Source of the DNA: Oscillospiraceae bacterium
GTDB taxonomy: Bacteria > Bacteroidota > Bacteroidia > Bacteroidales > Bacteroidaceae
DNA: 46,113 bases
Assembly (NCBI GenBank): GCA_963639385.1
Contig: CAVHVH010000001.1
Span: 1 to 46,113 of the forward strand
Direction of reading: 5' to 3'
Shown one piece after another: positions 18,510-29,565 of the stretch. The notes beneath the pieces were generated by a model. That model saw nothing but the letters and a program-made list of their open reading frames with translations, did not search any database and was not told where the DNA came from. Positions within the stretch are counted from its first letter, which is position 1. Each line of letters opens with the position of its first letter. A program made the position numbers and the translations under genes.

Positions 18510-19784
18510 TTATTGGTTATTGCCTTTTAGTATGCGTTCATAAAGTTCACGGATCCATGCGCCAACCTTCTCCCAGGTTATCTGGTCTACCTCCTTCATT
18601 CCTTCGGTCTGTAGATAATGGAATAGACTTTCGTTATGACATATAGAATAGATGGCGTCGGCCATGGCATGGATATCCCAGTAGTCTACCTTAATACAAT
18701 TATTGAGTATCTCGGCACATCCACTCTGCCTACTGATAATAGTGGGAGTTCCACACTGCATGGCTTCTAATGGCGATATACCAAAGGGTTCGCTCACCGA
18801 AGGCATTACATATACGTCAGAGTCTTTTAGACACTCGTAGACCTGTTGTCCACGCATAAATCCTGGAAAATGGAAACGGTCGGCTATACCGCGGTCAGCA
18901 GCGAGATAAATCATTTGATCCATCATATCGCCCGAACCTGCCATACAGAAACGCACATTGCGTGTTCGGTGCAAAACCATACTGGCTGCCTCAACAAAAT
19001 ATTCAGGACCTTTCTGCATGGTGATACGTCCAAGGAAAGTAACCACTTTCTCCTTACCCGAATGGTCGGGACGGGGCAAATCGGCCAGTTCCTGACGCAA
19101 GGGATAAACGGCATTATGAACTGTAAAACACTTGCGCGGATCTTGGTGATACTGGTTAATAACCGTCTGCCGTGTAAGTTCAGACACACACATAATACAG
19201 TCAGCATTGTCCATACCATCTTTCTCTATCGAGAAAACTGTAGGGTTAACCTTGCCACGACTACGGTCGAAATCGGTAGCATGTACATGAATACACAATG
19301 GTTTCCCTGAAATTTTCTTAGCATGAATACCGGCCGGATAGGTAAGCCAGTCATGGGCATGTATTATATCGTAATCAAAGGTACGCGCCACGACACCCGC
19401 TATTACCGAATAATTATTTATCTCTTGATGGAGATTCGACGGATAGCCTCCTGCAAATTCCATTGCACCGAGGTCGTTTACATTCATGTAATTAAAATCG
19501 GAGTAAATATGGTCTCGCAGTTGGAAATAGAGTTCGGGCGACATGACATGCCCTACTCTATTCTTCACATAATCATAATCTACATCGCGCCAAGCAATAG
19601 GCACACAGTTCATTGCCACGATATTAGCCGCGCTGCGGTCTTCATCGCCCCATGGTTTGGGCAAACAGAGTATGGTTTCTACATCACCCTGTGCATGCAG
19701 TCCTTGTGATATACCATAATTGGCGGTAGCAAGTCCACCATATACATGAGGAGGATACTCCCAACCAAACATTAAAACTTTCAT
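18510..19784 (-). CDS. Glycosyltransferase family 4 (glycogen synthase-like)
   Basis: MFGWEYPPHVYGGL, HAHDWLT, GRITMQKG, PSVSEPFGISPLEAM. Confidence 0.92.
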   Translation of the reverse strand: MKVLMFGWEYPPHVYGGLATANYGISQGLHAQGDVETILCLPKPWGDEDRSAANIVAMNCVPIAWRDVDYDYVKNRVGHVMSPELYFQLRDHIYSDFNYMNVNDLGAMEFAGGYPSNLHQEINNYSVIAGVVARTFDYDIIHAHDWLTYPAGIHAKKISGKPLCIHVHATDFDRSRGKVNPTVFSIEKDGMDNADCIMCVSELTRQTVINQYHQDPRKCFTVHNAVYPLRQELADLPRPDHSGKEKVVTFLGRITMQKGPEYFVEAASMVLHRTRNVRFCMAGSGDMMDQMIYLAADRGIADRFHFPGFMRGQQVYECLKDSDVYVMPSVSEPFGISPLEAMQCGTPTIISRQSGCAEILNNCIKVDYWDIHAMADAIYSICHNESLFHYLQTEGMKEVDQITWEKVGAWIRELYERILKGNNQ

Positions 19785-19799
19785 TTGCGGTCCTCCTGT

Positions 19800-21743
19800 T
19801 TATTTGTATGAATATTTTTCCAACAACTCCATTGCCCGTAGTATCTCTGCTACATTCATGGCAAACGAAATGGCGCCACGCCCACGGAAAGGCGGATTGC
19901 CATCAAATAATTCGGGGATAGTTCCGATACAATGAAGCGACATTTCGTCTTCATAACCTACCATTTGGCGTTCTATGAAACTTAGGCGGGTTCGCTTATA
20001 TAGGCGCAGACAAGCCTCCATATAGAAACCTCCGAGCCATGGCCACGCTGTACCTTGATGATACGCATAGTCACGCTGCGACTGTGCTCCTTCATACATG
20101 GGGTTATATCCACCGCTTTTGGGAGAAAGCGTGCGCAATCCTTTGGGAGTAAGCAGTTCACGGGTACAAATATCGAGAACGCTCTTCTTCTGCTCCTGAT
20201 TGAGAGGAGAATAATCGAACGCTACGGGGAATATCATATTTGGGCGCACACTCCAATCTACCATATAACCGTCTACATAATCATATAGGTAACCATATTC
20301 ATTCAAGAAGGTATCTAAGAATGACTGCTTGGTACTGACAGCTACCGTCTGCAGATGTGTGCGTACGGCATTTCCCTCTTCAAGAAGAGAAGCACCAAAC
20401 AATAGTGCATTATACCATAAGGCATTAAACTCTACTATATAACCCGTACGGGGTACTACCGGACGACCATTGGCTACCGAGTTCATCCATGTAATGGCTT
20501 CGCCGTGCGAACTCTTGGCATAGAGCAGACCATTATCGTGGAGTTTAAGGTTAGGATGGCCACCGTCTTCTATATATTTAAGGATATCAAGAACTAAGGC
20601 ACCATATTTCTTTACGCATTTGTCATGGCCACATTCCTTAGCATATTGCTGAATGGCCCAAATGGCCCAAAAAGGCACGTCGGGTTGTTCTATTTCGTAG
20701 ATATGTTTCGTAACGGGCTTACCTTCCATAAATTCACGCAGAGCTATTTCAGCCGTCTTCATTACCAACTCGAAATACTCGTCTTCTTCTATAGACAGGG
20801 TAAGACCGGGTAAGGATATAAACGTGTCACGGGCGCGACTTTTGAACCAAGGATAGCCTGCAAGCACATAGCGTTCATCATTCTTCTCATGAATATGGAA
20901 CTGGTGTGCTGCATTGACCAAACAATGGAAGAAATTGTCGCGCGGCGTACGCTCTTCAACCTCTTCATCAAATAGTTTCTTCAGTCCCGATGTCTTGCTT
21001 GGCGAAACTGATGCTGCAAAGACTACCGTTTCACCCTTTTTGATATTCATTTCAAAATAGCCAGGTACATACAGATCTTCATTCGAAGCATAACCACGCT
21101 CTTGCTCTTTGGGGTATTCTACGCCACGGTACCAATCGGGAACGAAATGAAACTCGTTCTTTTTAGAAAATTGCATGTACAGGTCGGGGTATCCGGCATA
21201 CATACAAGTCTTTATACCATTCTCTACTGGTGAATACTCACGCGAGGCTACCGGATTCTCGTGGGTAAACTGGCGTACACTACGGAATGCCAAGAACGGC
21301 CTAAAACGCAGTGTAGTTGCCGAATGGGCATCCACTAGTGTATAGCGGATAAGAATACGATCTTCGTAATGCTGAAACACCACTTCGCGTTTCAGTATAA
21401 CGCCACCTACACGATAAAGTGTAGTAGGCACTTTATCACATTCAAATTCTCTGATATACTTATGACCCTTTGGACTAAAGTTGTTGCCCTGATACTTGTG
21501 GAGGCCCAAGTTAAACTCGGCTCCGTGCTGTATCACCGTAGCATCGAGCGATGACAGCAGTACATGGTTCTCGTCATCAAGCCCAGGAACGGGCACAACT
21601 AGCAAGCCATGATACTTCCGAGTATTACACTGTACCACAGTAGAGCATGAATAGGCTCCTGAGCGGTTGGTGCGTAACACCTCCTTAGGCAACGACTCTT
21701 CGAGGTTAGTCATAAGAGTTTTCTCAAATTTAAGATAACTCAT
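19800..21743 (-). CDS. Glycogen debranching enzyme (amylo-alpha-1,6-glucosidase, GH133-type)
   Basis: TRKYHGLL, AGYPWF, RDTFISLPGL, TWM, VEFNALWYNAL, GLRTLSP, YHQGTAWPW. Confidence 0.92.
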   Translation of the reverse strand: MSYLKFEKTLMTNLEESLPKEVLRTNRSGAYSCSTVVQCNTRKYHGLLVVPVPGLDDENHVLLSSLDATVIQHGAEFNLGLHKYQGNNFSPKGHKYIREFECDKVPTTLYRVGGVILKREVVFQHYEDRILIRYTLVDAHSATTLRFRPFLAFRSVRQFTHENPVASREYSPVENGIKTCMYAGYPDLYMQFSKKNEFHFVPDWYRGVEYPKEQERGYASNEDLYVPGYFEMNIKKGETVVFAASVSPSKTSGLKKLFDEEVEERTPRDNFFHCLVNAAHQFHIHEKNDERYVLAGYPWFKSRARDTFISLPGLTLSIEEDEYFELVMKTAEIALREFMEGKPVTKHIYEIEQPDVPFWAIWAIQQYAKECGHDKCVKKYGALVLDILKYIEDGGHPNLKLHDNGLLYAKSSHGEAITWMNSVANGRPVVPRTGYIVEFNALWYNALLFGASLLEEGNAVRTHLQTVAVSTKQSFLDTFLNEYGYLYDYVDGYMVDWSVRPNMIFPVAFDYSPLNQEQKKSVLDICTRELLTPKGLRTLSPKSGGYNPMYEGAQSQRDYAYHQGTAWPWLGGFYMEACLRLYKRTRLSFIERQMVGYEDEMSLHCIGTIPELFDGNPPFRGRGAISFAMNVAEILRAMELLEKYSYK

Positions 21744-21816
21744 AAATTTATGTCAAGATTTAATTAATAGTTGTTTTATTTAGGCCACGGGCAACACGTA
21801 CCCACCTATGCTTTTT

Positions 21817-21848
21817 CAAAAATACTACTTTCTTAATAGATACACAAA
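21817..21848 (-). promoter_or_regulatory. Promoter of the glycogen operon
   Basis: Minus TTTG (21845-21848), 20 nt, TATTTTTG (21817-21824). Confidence 0.65.
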
Positions 21849-21900
21849 TTTTTCTACAACTATTTGAAAAAATAATATTTCAAGGGCTAACATATACGCC

Positions 21901-21937
21901 AAAGGCATGCCCAATGCGATATACAAGGCATGCCTTT
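21901..21937 (-). terminator. Terminator after the lipid kinase gene
   Basis: AAAGGCATGCC (21901-21911) / GGCATGCCTTT (21927-21937). Confidence 0.65.
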
Positions 21938-21968
21938 AAGATGTTTTTCCACAAATGTGTAAGGGTTG

Positions 21969-22901
21969 TTATTCTGGAATAAGAAAGTTTATCACTTCTT
22001 GCTCTACCCTAATCTTAAGAGGAGGTTTTGGACTATCTATGAGTCTGCCATCTACACTTACCTGTGCCTGGGAAAACTCTTCAAACATAACTTCGCGAGT
22101 GCGATAGGGGTGCATACTGCGGTAATTGAGAAATTTTCCACGCAAGAAGAGGTACCAACCTTCAAACAACTGAGCCATCTCAGGATGGTAAACCAAAGAC
22201 ACATCCAACATACCATTATACGGAACAGCATTGGGAGTCTGGCCATAGCCTAAGGCATTGCCCACGCATACGGTCATCACTTTGCGGTCTACCCTATCAT
22301 CATTGATACGTACCCGCATCTTGTATTCCAAGCGTTGAAACAACATCAATATGAAAGAGAATACAAACGAGAGAGCACGAGAGCCCAACAACTTGCGAGT
22401 CTTGCTACGCATATTCATAATGGCAGCTATCAATCCTACATTCACACAGTTTAGAAAATACCGATGACAGGCTTCACCATGGCGGTTACGGTAGTTTATT
22501 CTACCCACATCTATCTTGCGAATACGGTGTTGCTGCAACCCGTCTATGGTTTTCTCCACATCGTTTTCTCGTATGTCCCAGTAATGGGCAAAATCATTCA
22601 TTGTTCCATTGGGTATCACGCCGAGAGCCACACTCTGACGTACCTCAGCACTAAACTGCATAATACTGTTCACTGCATCATTCAGCGCCGAGTCACCGCC
22701 GACAATGATTATAGTGCGGTAGCCGTTGTTCACCATCATCTTGACCAGTCGGTCTACACTGCCCGCACTCTCACTGTGTACATAATCATAGTCTATATGA
22801 CGGGTGCGCAAAGCCCGTTCTATCACACTCCATCGCGAGTTGCTGCGAAAAGAGGCTTTTGGGCAATATACAACCCCCCATTTGTTTTCATTGACTGCCA
22901 T
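21969..22901 (-). CDS. Diacylglycerol kinase-family lipid kinase (YegS/BmrU-like)
   Basis: VGGDSALNDAVN, GVIPNGTMNDFA, IDVG, FLNCVNVG, VDGR. Confidence 0.88.
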   Translation of the reverse strand: MAVNENKWGVVYCPKASFRSNSRWSVIERALRTRHIDYDYVHSESAGSVDRLVKMMVNNGYRTIIIVGGDSALNDAVNSIMQFSAEVRQSVALGVIPNGTMNDFAHYWDIRENDVEKTIDGLQQHRIRKIDVGRINYRNRHGEACHRYFLNCVNVGLIAAIMNMRSKTRKLLGSRALSFVFSFILMLFQRLEYKMRVRINDDRVDRKVMTVCVGNALGYGQTPNAVPYNGMLDVSLVYHPEMAQLFEGWYLFLRGKFLNYRSMHPYRTREVMFEEFSQAQVSVDGRLIDSPKPPLKIRVEQEVINFLIPE

Positions 22902-22926
22902 TTGTATACCTTTATTATATATTAAT

Positions 22927-22950
22927 GGGTGGTTCTAAAAATATACCACC
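22927..22950 (+). repeat. Short copy of dispersed GGGYGGTTCTATAAA motif
   Basis: GGGTGGTTCTAAAAATATACCACC. Confidence 0.55.
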
Positions 22951-22987
22951 ACATAGTAGCTTCTTATTTATTATCGGCTTTTACCCC

Positions 22988-23920
22988 CTAAGTATTAGCT
23001 GCAATAATAGCCATTATCTGTTCTACTTTGTCTTCCATTGTATCAAGAGCATTTATCCAATGTATAACAAAGCCCCGCCGTTCCATACCTCTAAACCATG
23101 TCATCTGCCGTTTGGCAAATTGGTGTATGGCTATTTCCAAGCGAGAAAACATCTCGTCGTATGTAGTTTTACCTATAACATACTCGGTAACATACTTGTA
23201 TTCCAACCCGTAATAGATTAGGTCTTCGGGCTGAACGCCCTCTGCCAAGAGCTGCCGTATCTCGTCTACCATTCCTTCTTCCAGACGTTGTCTCAAGCGG
23301 GTGGTAATCTTTCGGCGACGTTCATCGCGGTCTATTTTCACCCCTATTATAACCGAATCTACCGGCGGTAGCGCACGGTTCTCTGCAGGATGCTCTATAT
23401 TATAGCTTTCTATCTCTATGGCACGAATGGCGCGCTGGGCAGTATCTACATCGGTATGGTTATGCATTGCCGAGTGGTTGCGAATCTTTAGGTCTGCAAG
23501 TATTTGTGTTAGTTCGTCCAGCGTTTTACCCTCCAGTTCTTCCCGCAGAGCAGGGTTCTGCGGTACTGGAGATAGAGCATAACCTTTGAGCACACTTTCT
23601 ATATAGAGTCCCGTACCTCCGCAGAGTATTGGGGCAACCCCACGAGTCACGATATCATTGTAAGCTTTATGAAAATCTTGCTGATATTGAAAAAGGTTGT
23701 ACTTAGCCCCCGGTTCGCAGATATCTATAAGATGGTAAGGGATTGTATGGCCGTCCATCCGATAATCGTCCAAGTCTTTCCCCGTACCTATTGTCATACC
23801 CCGGTACACCTGTCGCGAGTCGGCACTTATAATTTCAGCACCGATACGCACGGCCAGAGCAGTAGCCAAGCTAGTCTTACCCGATGCCGTAGGTCCCAAT
23901 ATGGTAATCATTTTCTGCAT
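22988..23920 (-). CDS. miaA: tRNA dimethylallyltransferase
   Basis: GPTASGKT, SADSRQVY, GGTGLY, RAIRAIEI, FAKRQMTWFR; start taken at MQKMITILG (23920). Confidence 0.95.
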   Translation of the reverse strand: MQKMITILGPTASGKTSLATALAVRIGAEIISADSRQVYRGMTIGTGKDLDDYRMDGHTIPYHLIDICEPGAKYNLFQYQQDFHKAYNDIVTRGVAPILCGGTGLYIESVLKGYALSPVPQNPALREELEGKTLDELTQILADLKIRNHSAMHNHTDVDTAQRAIRAIEIESYNIEHPAENRALPPVDSVIIGVKIDRDERRRKITTRLRQRLEEGMVDEIRQLLAEGVQPEDLIYYGLEYKYVTEYVIGKTTYDEMFSRLEIAIHQFAKRQMTWFRGMERRGFVIHWINALDTMEDKVEQIMAIIAANT

Positions 23921-23977
23921 AACCTTTAAATTATATTCGCATGCTTTTTGCCATAATTGGCCGACACGCATCCCTTT

Positions 23978-24086
23978 GCAAAGTTAGTGCAAACCGAAGA
24001 GAATACAAAATAAACCTGTTTATTTTTATTCTTGAGGTGCAGCCTAACTTCATGGCGAATAGACATAAAGTGCAAACCGAAGAGAA
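23978..24086. repeat. Divergent member of the promoter-associated hairpin element family, plus a partial second unit
   Basis: GCA-AAGTTAG-TGCAAACCGA-[AGAGAATACAAAATAAAC/GTTTATTTTTATTCTT]-GAGGTGCAGC-CTAACTT (23978-24050); AGTGCAAACCGAAGAGAA repeated at 23986-24003 and 24069-24086. Confidence 0.8.
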
Positions 24087-24157
24087 AGGCCAGAAGATGT
24101 ATAAAAAACATCTACCGGCCCCTTATTAGAGAATTTCTTAAATTTCCAATTCCATTG

Positions 24158-24877
24158 TCATTCTTTCAAAGTAAGAAAGATGTGCTTTTCTACCAATTCG
24201 GTATGCATATATCCCATAGCATCTTCCACTTTTAACAATCCTCCAATTCGATAATCTGGCGTTTTACCTTCTTTATCAAATTCCCCTTGTTCTACAAAGA
24301 ACATACCTTTTTTAGGCGCAGATAAATAGCGTATATTTCCTTCGAATTTTACCTTTAGCCCAGAAAGGCTATAAGGCAGCAACTTAATATCCTTGAACAC
24401 AAGATTTCCATTCTCTGTAGTGCTTATTTTCACATCAAGCGCCACATGAGCATCATAACCATCTATTTCAGAATATACTATATACCTAACTGTCCGTGAA
24501 CCGTCTGCCTCCACAACAGTCTTAAATGGTTTCACTGGCACGGGATATCTGTATCTATCATAACAACAAGTATCGTTGGGATGCATCGCAAGTTCTTTTA
24601 AAGATTTTTCATTCAGCACAGCTTCAGTCCTCTTTACATAGAAACGAATATCATCCTTTGTAAGGTTTCGCAGCTTGAAATAATCATAATTCACAGCATA
24701 ATATTTAGAAAGCCGTGCCAAAGAATCGTATTGGGCTTCTGTAACCTTGTTTTTAAGCCATACTGGGGGCAATTCACCACGTTTAGTATGCGGAGCATAG
24801 TCTTTCACCATATTCTGCCCGAAAGCAAAACTTACTGCTAATAGCAACAAAGCAGTCATAAAAATCCTTGTTTTCAT
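24158..24877 (-). CDS. Hypothetical secreted protein (start 24877 or 24904)
   Basis: 248-aa ORF, signal-like MKTRIFMTALLLLAVSFAFG; no family recognised; AT-rich context. Confidence 0.7.
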   Translation of the reverse strand: MKTRIFMTALLLLAVSFAFGQNMVKDYAPHTKRGELPPVWLKNKVTEAQYDSLARLSKYYAVNYDYFKLRNLTKDDIRFYVKRTEAVLNEKSLKELAMHPNDTCCYDRYRYPVPVKPFKTVVEADGSRTVRYIVYSEIDGYDAHVALDVKISTTENGNLVFKDIKLLPYSLSGLKVKFEGNIRYLSAPKKGMFFVEQGEFDKEGKTPDYRIGGLLKVEDAMGYMHTELVEKHIFLTLKE

Positions 24878-25228
24878 GATGCCATAACTAACATTTTTTT
24901 TCATTGTTTTTAAAGAGATTGAAGTTAAACAACTTTGTCTAATAGATGTTGTAAATATATGGAAATTCTATTTTTAAAGAAATCTTTTTATAATAATTAA
25001 CATAAAAATCGCGCAAAAATCACATAAAAACGTGAGTAAATTAGCATAACCAACATTGTACAAAACGTTATATGCCAATATTTTTTCATTCCTTTATAAA
25101 TAAAGATTGTTCTAAAAATGACCCCGCAAAACTCGTACTTTATTGCAGGAAGGCGTTTTGCCGTCTTTCGGAATTATTTTGAGAAAAAACTAATTTCAAA
25201 ATACATCATCCTTAATGCCCCAAAAAGC

Positions 25229-25256
25229 AAAAAGCCGCCCGGTATTCCGGACGGCC
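25229..25256 (-). terminator. Terminator after gap
   Basis: Minus GCCGTCCGG-AATA-CCGGGCGGC-TTTTT. Confidence 0.8.
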
Positions 25257-25280
25257 TTAGCTTTATGTTTACGGTTATGA

Positions 25281-26360
<1,080 letters not shown>

Positions 26361-26500
26361 TCACGAACTTGCAGTCTGAACGAGTATTAAATATCGTAAA
26401 AAATGCCAAGTTGTGCGTACTTTTTCAACAACAATACACATGCATGACGAATACTGACAACTCCACTTTACAAAAGTAGGCTCTTATGTCTAATATCTTC

Positions 26501-26535
26501 TTATAAGTGGTTTACTATTTATAAGTGGTTTACTA
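26501..26535. repeat. 17-bp direct repeat with 18-bp period
   Basis: TTATAAGTGGTTTACTA at 26501-26517 and 26519-26535. Confidence 0.85.
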
Positions 26536-26635
26536 ACCAACACATGCAGACTATGCAGTAAAATACATAGCAATAACAATGGAAATAACTTACGTTTTCT
26601 TCTTCTATTCATATATTTTACCGTAACTTTGCACC

Positions 26636-27370
26636 ATGATGCAAGCTATGATTTTCGCCGCCGGTTTGGGCACCCGTCTCAAACCATTGACCGACACTAT
26701 GCCTAAAGCTATGGTCGAGGTGGGAGGCGACCCGCTTATAAAACGCATCATCCTAAAACTCAAGGATGCCGGTTTTAACCGAATTGTAGTCAACGTTCAT
26801 CACTTTGCTGAACAAATAACAGATTATCTGTCTGCCCAGCAGAACTTTGGACTGGACATACAAATAAGCGATGAACAACGAAAACTTCTCAACACGGGCG
26901 GAGGCATCAAACACGCAGTACACTTTTTCGACCCGTCATCACCTATACTTATTCACAACGTAGACATTCTTAGCAACGTAGATCTGCGCCGTTTCTACAA
27001 CAGCGCCAAAGGCGATGCAACCCTTTTGGTAAGCCAGCGGCAGACCAAGCGCTATCTGCTATTCAACCCAGACGAGAAACTGCGACTCATGGGGTGGACC
27101 AACGTGGAGACCCACGAGATACGTTCGCCCTACAATAAGTTGGACACGACCACATGCACGCCCTACGCTTTTTCGGGTATCCATGTATTCAATCCTACCC
27201 TCTTTCCGTTTTTCAACGAGATGCCCGATGAGTTCGGCATTATAGACTTCTATCTGCAATATTGCGACCGGTGCGACATTCACGCCTATCCAAAGCAAGA
27301 TCTGCAACTTATGGATGTGGGAAAGATGGAAACTATAGCTCAAGCTGAAGACTTTATAAAGACTCTATAA
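26636..27370 (+). CDS. Sugar-phosphate nucleotidyltransferase (MurU-like)
   Basis: [55 protein letters not shown]. Confidence 0.85.
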   Translation: MMQAMIFAAGLGTRLKPLTDTMPKAMVEVGGDPLIKRIILKLKDAGFNRIVVNVHHFAEQITDYLSAQQNFGLDIQISDEQRKLLNTGGGIKHAVHFFDPSSPILIHNVDILSNVDLRRFYNSAKGDATLLVSQRQTKRYLLFNPDEKLRLMGWTNVETHEIRSPYNKLDTTTCTPYAFSGIHVFNPTLFPFFNEMPDEFGIIDFYLQYCDRCDIHAYPKQDLQLMDVGKMETIAQAEDFIKTL

Positions 27371-27390
27371 ACAAAACAACACACAATACT

Positions 27391-29001
27391 ATGCAACAAA
27401 AGATAGTAATTCTCGATTTCGGTTCGCAAACCACACAGCTTATAGGTCGCCGTGTACGCGAATTGGACACATTCTGCGAGATACTGCCTTACAACAAGTT
27501 TCCCAAAGACGACCCTTCTGTAATAGGCGTCATTCTTAGCGGTTCGCCCTACTCGGTACACGACCCCGAGGCTTTCAAGGTAGACCTTGGGCAGTTTGTA
27601 GGTCGCATTCCTGTGCTGGGCATCTGCTACGGCGCACAGTTTATATCTCATACTCTTGGTGGAAAAGTAGAAAAGGCCGACTCACGCGAATACGGCCGTG
27701 CCCATCTGCAGACAGTAGATACCAAAAACGCGCTCTTCAAAGGTTTTAAGCCAGGTTCGCAAGTGTGGATGAGCCACGGCGATACCATAACGGCTATCCC
27801 CAGCGGCTTTGAAGTAATTGCCTCTACTGCCGATGTGAAATACGCCGCCTACGCATCAACCTCGCTACCAGTATGGGCCGTACAGTTCCACCCAGAGGTA
27901 TTCCACACGGTACAGGGAACTCAGTTACTGCGCAATTTTGTGGTAGACATCTGCGGGTCAAGACAAGATTGGAGCGCCGCATCATTTGTTGACACCACTG
28001 TAGAAGAACTGAAACAGCAATTGGGTAACGACCGCGTTATACTTGGTCTGTCTGGTGGTGTAGACTCATCGGTAGCCGCCATGCTATTGCACCGCGCTAT
28101 CGGTCATAACCTTACTTGCATCTTTGTAGACCACGGCATGTTACGCAAGAACGAGTTTACCGATGTGATGAACGATTACAAATGTTTGGGACTCAACGTT
28201 GTGGGCGTAGACGCAAGCGACAAGTTCTTTGCCGACCTTGCCGGCGTTACTGACCCTGAGCAAAAACGCAAGATAATAGGTCGCGACTTTGTAGAGGTCT
28301 TCAATACAGAAGCCAAGAAAATAGAAGGCGCCAAATGGCTGGCTCAGGGCACTATATACCCTGACCGCATAGAGAGTCTTAATATTACGGGTAAGGTTAT
28401 CAAGAGCCACCACAATGTAGGTGGACTGCCCAAAGAGATGCACCTGCAACTCTGCGAACCACTAAAATGGCTCTTCAAAGACGAAGTTCGCCGCGTAGGT
28501 CGACAGTTAGGCATGCCCGAACATCTTATTACTCGCCACCCATTCCCAGGGCCGGGTTTGGCCGTGCGCATTCTTGGAGACATAACCCGCGAAAAAGTTC
28601 GCATCCTACAAGATGCCGACGACATATATATCCGTGGCCTACGCGAATACAAAGTAAAACTTTCTGGCGAAGAAGCACGTAAAGTGCTGGCCGCAGGAGT
28701 ACCGGCACAGATGACCGACGGCGAGATAGAAGTGTCTCTCTACGACCAAATCTGGCAGGCAGGCACCGTATTGCTATCCACCGTTCGCAGTGTAGGCGTG
28801 ATGGGCGATGAGCGCACCTACGAACACCCAGTGGCTCTACGTGCCGTTACATCTACCGATGCCATGACGGCTGACTGGGCGCATCTGCCTTACGACTTTA
28901 TGGCTCGCGTAAGTAACGAGATTATAAACCGGGTACGCGGGGTAAACCGAGTATGCTATGACATCTCCTCAAAACCACCTTCGACTATTGAGTGGGAATA
29001 A
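27391..29001 (+). CDS. guaA: GMP synthase (glutamine-hydrolysing)
   Basis: [52 protein letters not shown]. Confidence 0.98.
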   Translation: MQQKIVILDFGSQTTQLIGRRVRELDTFCEILPYNKFPKDDPSVIGVILSGSPYSVHDPEAFKVDLGQFVGRIPVLGICYGAQFISHTLGGKVEKADSREYGRAHLQTVDTKNALFKGFKPGSQVWMSHGDTITAIPSGFEVIASTADVKYAAYASTSLPVWAVQFHPEVFHTVQGTQLLRNFVVDICGSRQDWSAASFVDTTVEELKQQLGNDRVILGLSGGVDSSVAAMLLHRAIGHNLTCIFVDHGMLRKNEFTDVMNDYKCLGLNVVGVDASDKFFADLAGVTDPEQKRKIIGRDFVEVFNTEAKKIEGAKWLAQGTIYPDRIESLNITGKVIKSHHNVGGLPKEMHLQLCEPLKWLFKDEVRRVGRQLGMPEHLITRHPFPGPGLAVRILGDITREKVRILQDADDIYIRGLREYKVKLSGEEARKVLAAGVPAQMTDGEIEVSLYDQIWQAGTVLLSTVRSVGVMGDERTYEHPVALRAVTSTDAMTADWAHLPYDFMARVSNEIINRVRGVNRVCYDISSKPPSTIEWE

Positions 29002-29011
29002 CACCATTCAC

Positions 29012-29066
29012 CCTAAAATAGCAAGAGGGCATAACCACTGTGGTTATGCCCTCTTACTATTTTAGG
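29012..29066. terminator. Bidirectional terminator between guaA and mscL
   Basis: CCTAAAATAG-c-AAGAGGGCATAACCA-CTG-TGGTTATGCCCTCTT-a-CTATTTTAGG. Confidence 0.88.
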
Positions 29067-29085
29067 CCTTGCTTGAAACCAAACG

Positions 29086-29514
29086 CTATTTTTGATTTTG
29101 TTTAAGCAAATCGCGAATCTCTGTAAGCAGTTTCTCTTCTACCGATGGCTCAGGCGGAGTGGCTGGCTGGGCTGGTTCTTCATCCTTCTTGCGTGCCAAA
29201 TGGTTAATACCTTTTACCATCATAAAGATACACAACGCAATAATAATAAAGTCAAATGTAGTTTGGATAAAATTGCCATAGTTGATTGTAGCGGGCTGCA
29301 GCTGTTCTATACCCAAATCCATAGTGGGCAAGGTAAACTTAAGGTCTGAGAAGTTTACACCCCCTATGAGCCACCCTATAGGCGGCATGATAATATCGTC
29401 AACGAGCGACGACACAATTTTACCGAAAGCACCGCCGATGATCACACCGACAGCCATGTCAACGGCGTTTCCCTTTACGGCAAACTCCTTGAATTCATTT
29501 AGAAATTTACTCAT
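29086..29514 (-). CDS. mscL: Large-conductance mechanosensitive channel
   Basis: [43 protein letters not shown]. Confidence 0.97.
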   Translation of the reverse strand: MSKFLNEFKEFAVKGNAVDMAVGVIIGGAFGKIVSSLVDDIIMPPIGWLIGGVNFSDLKFTLPTMDLGIEQLQPATINYGNFIQTTFDFIIIALCIFMMVKGINHLARKKDEEPAQPATPPEPSVEEKLLTEIRDLLKQNQK

Positions 29515-29565
29515 TTTTGTCTATTTTTAATTATTGTATCTACTTGAATTATATAGAGGGTAGCT

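Noticed and set aside
23921..24235. Small ORFs and the miaA 5' extension overlapping the hairpin element
   Set aside because: Derived from the repeat or promoter sequence, mostly non-ATG starts, no recognisable protein features
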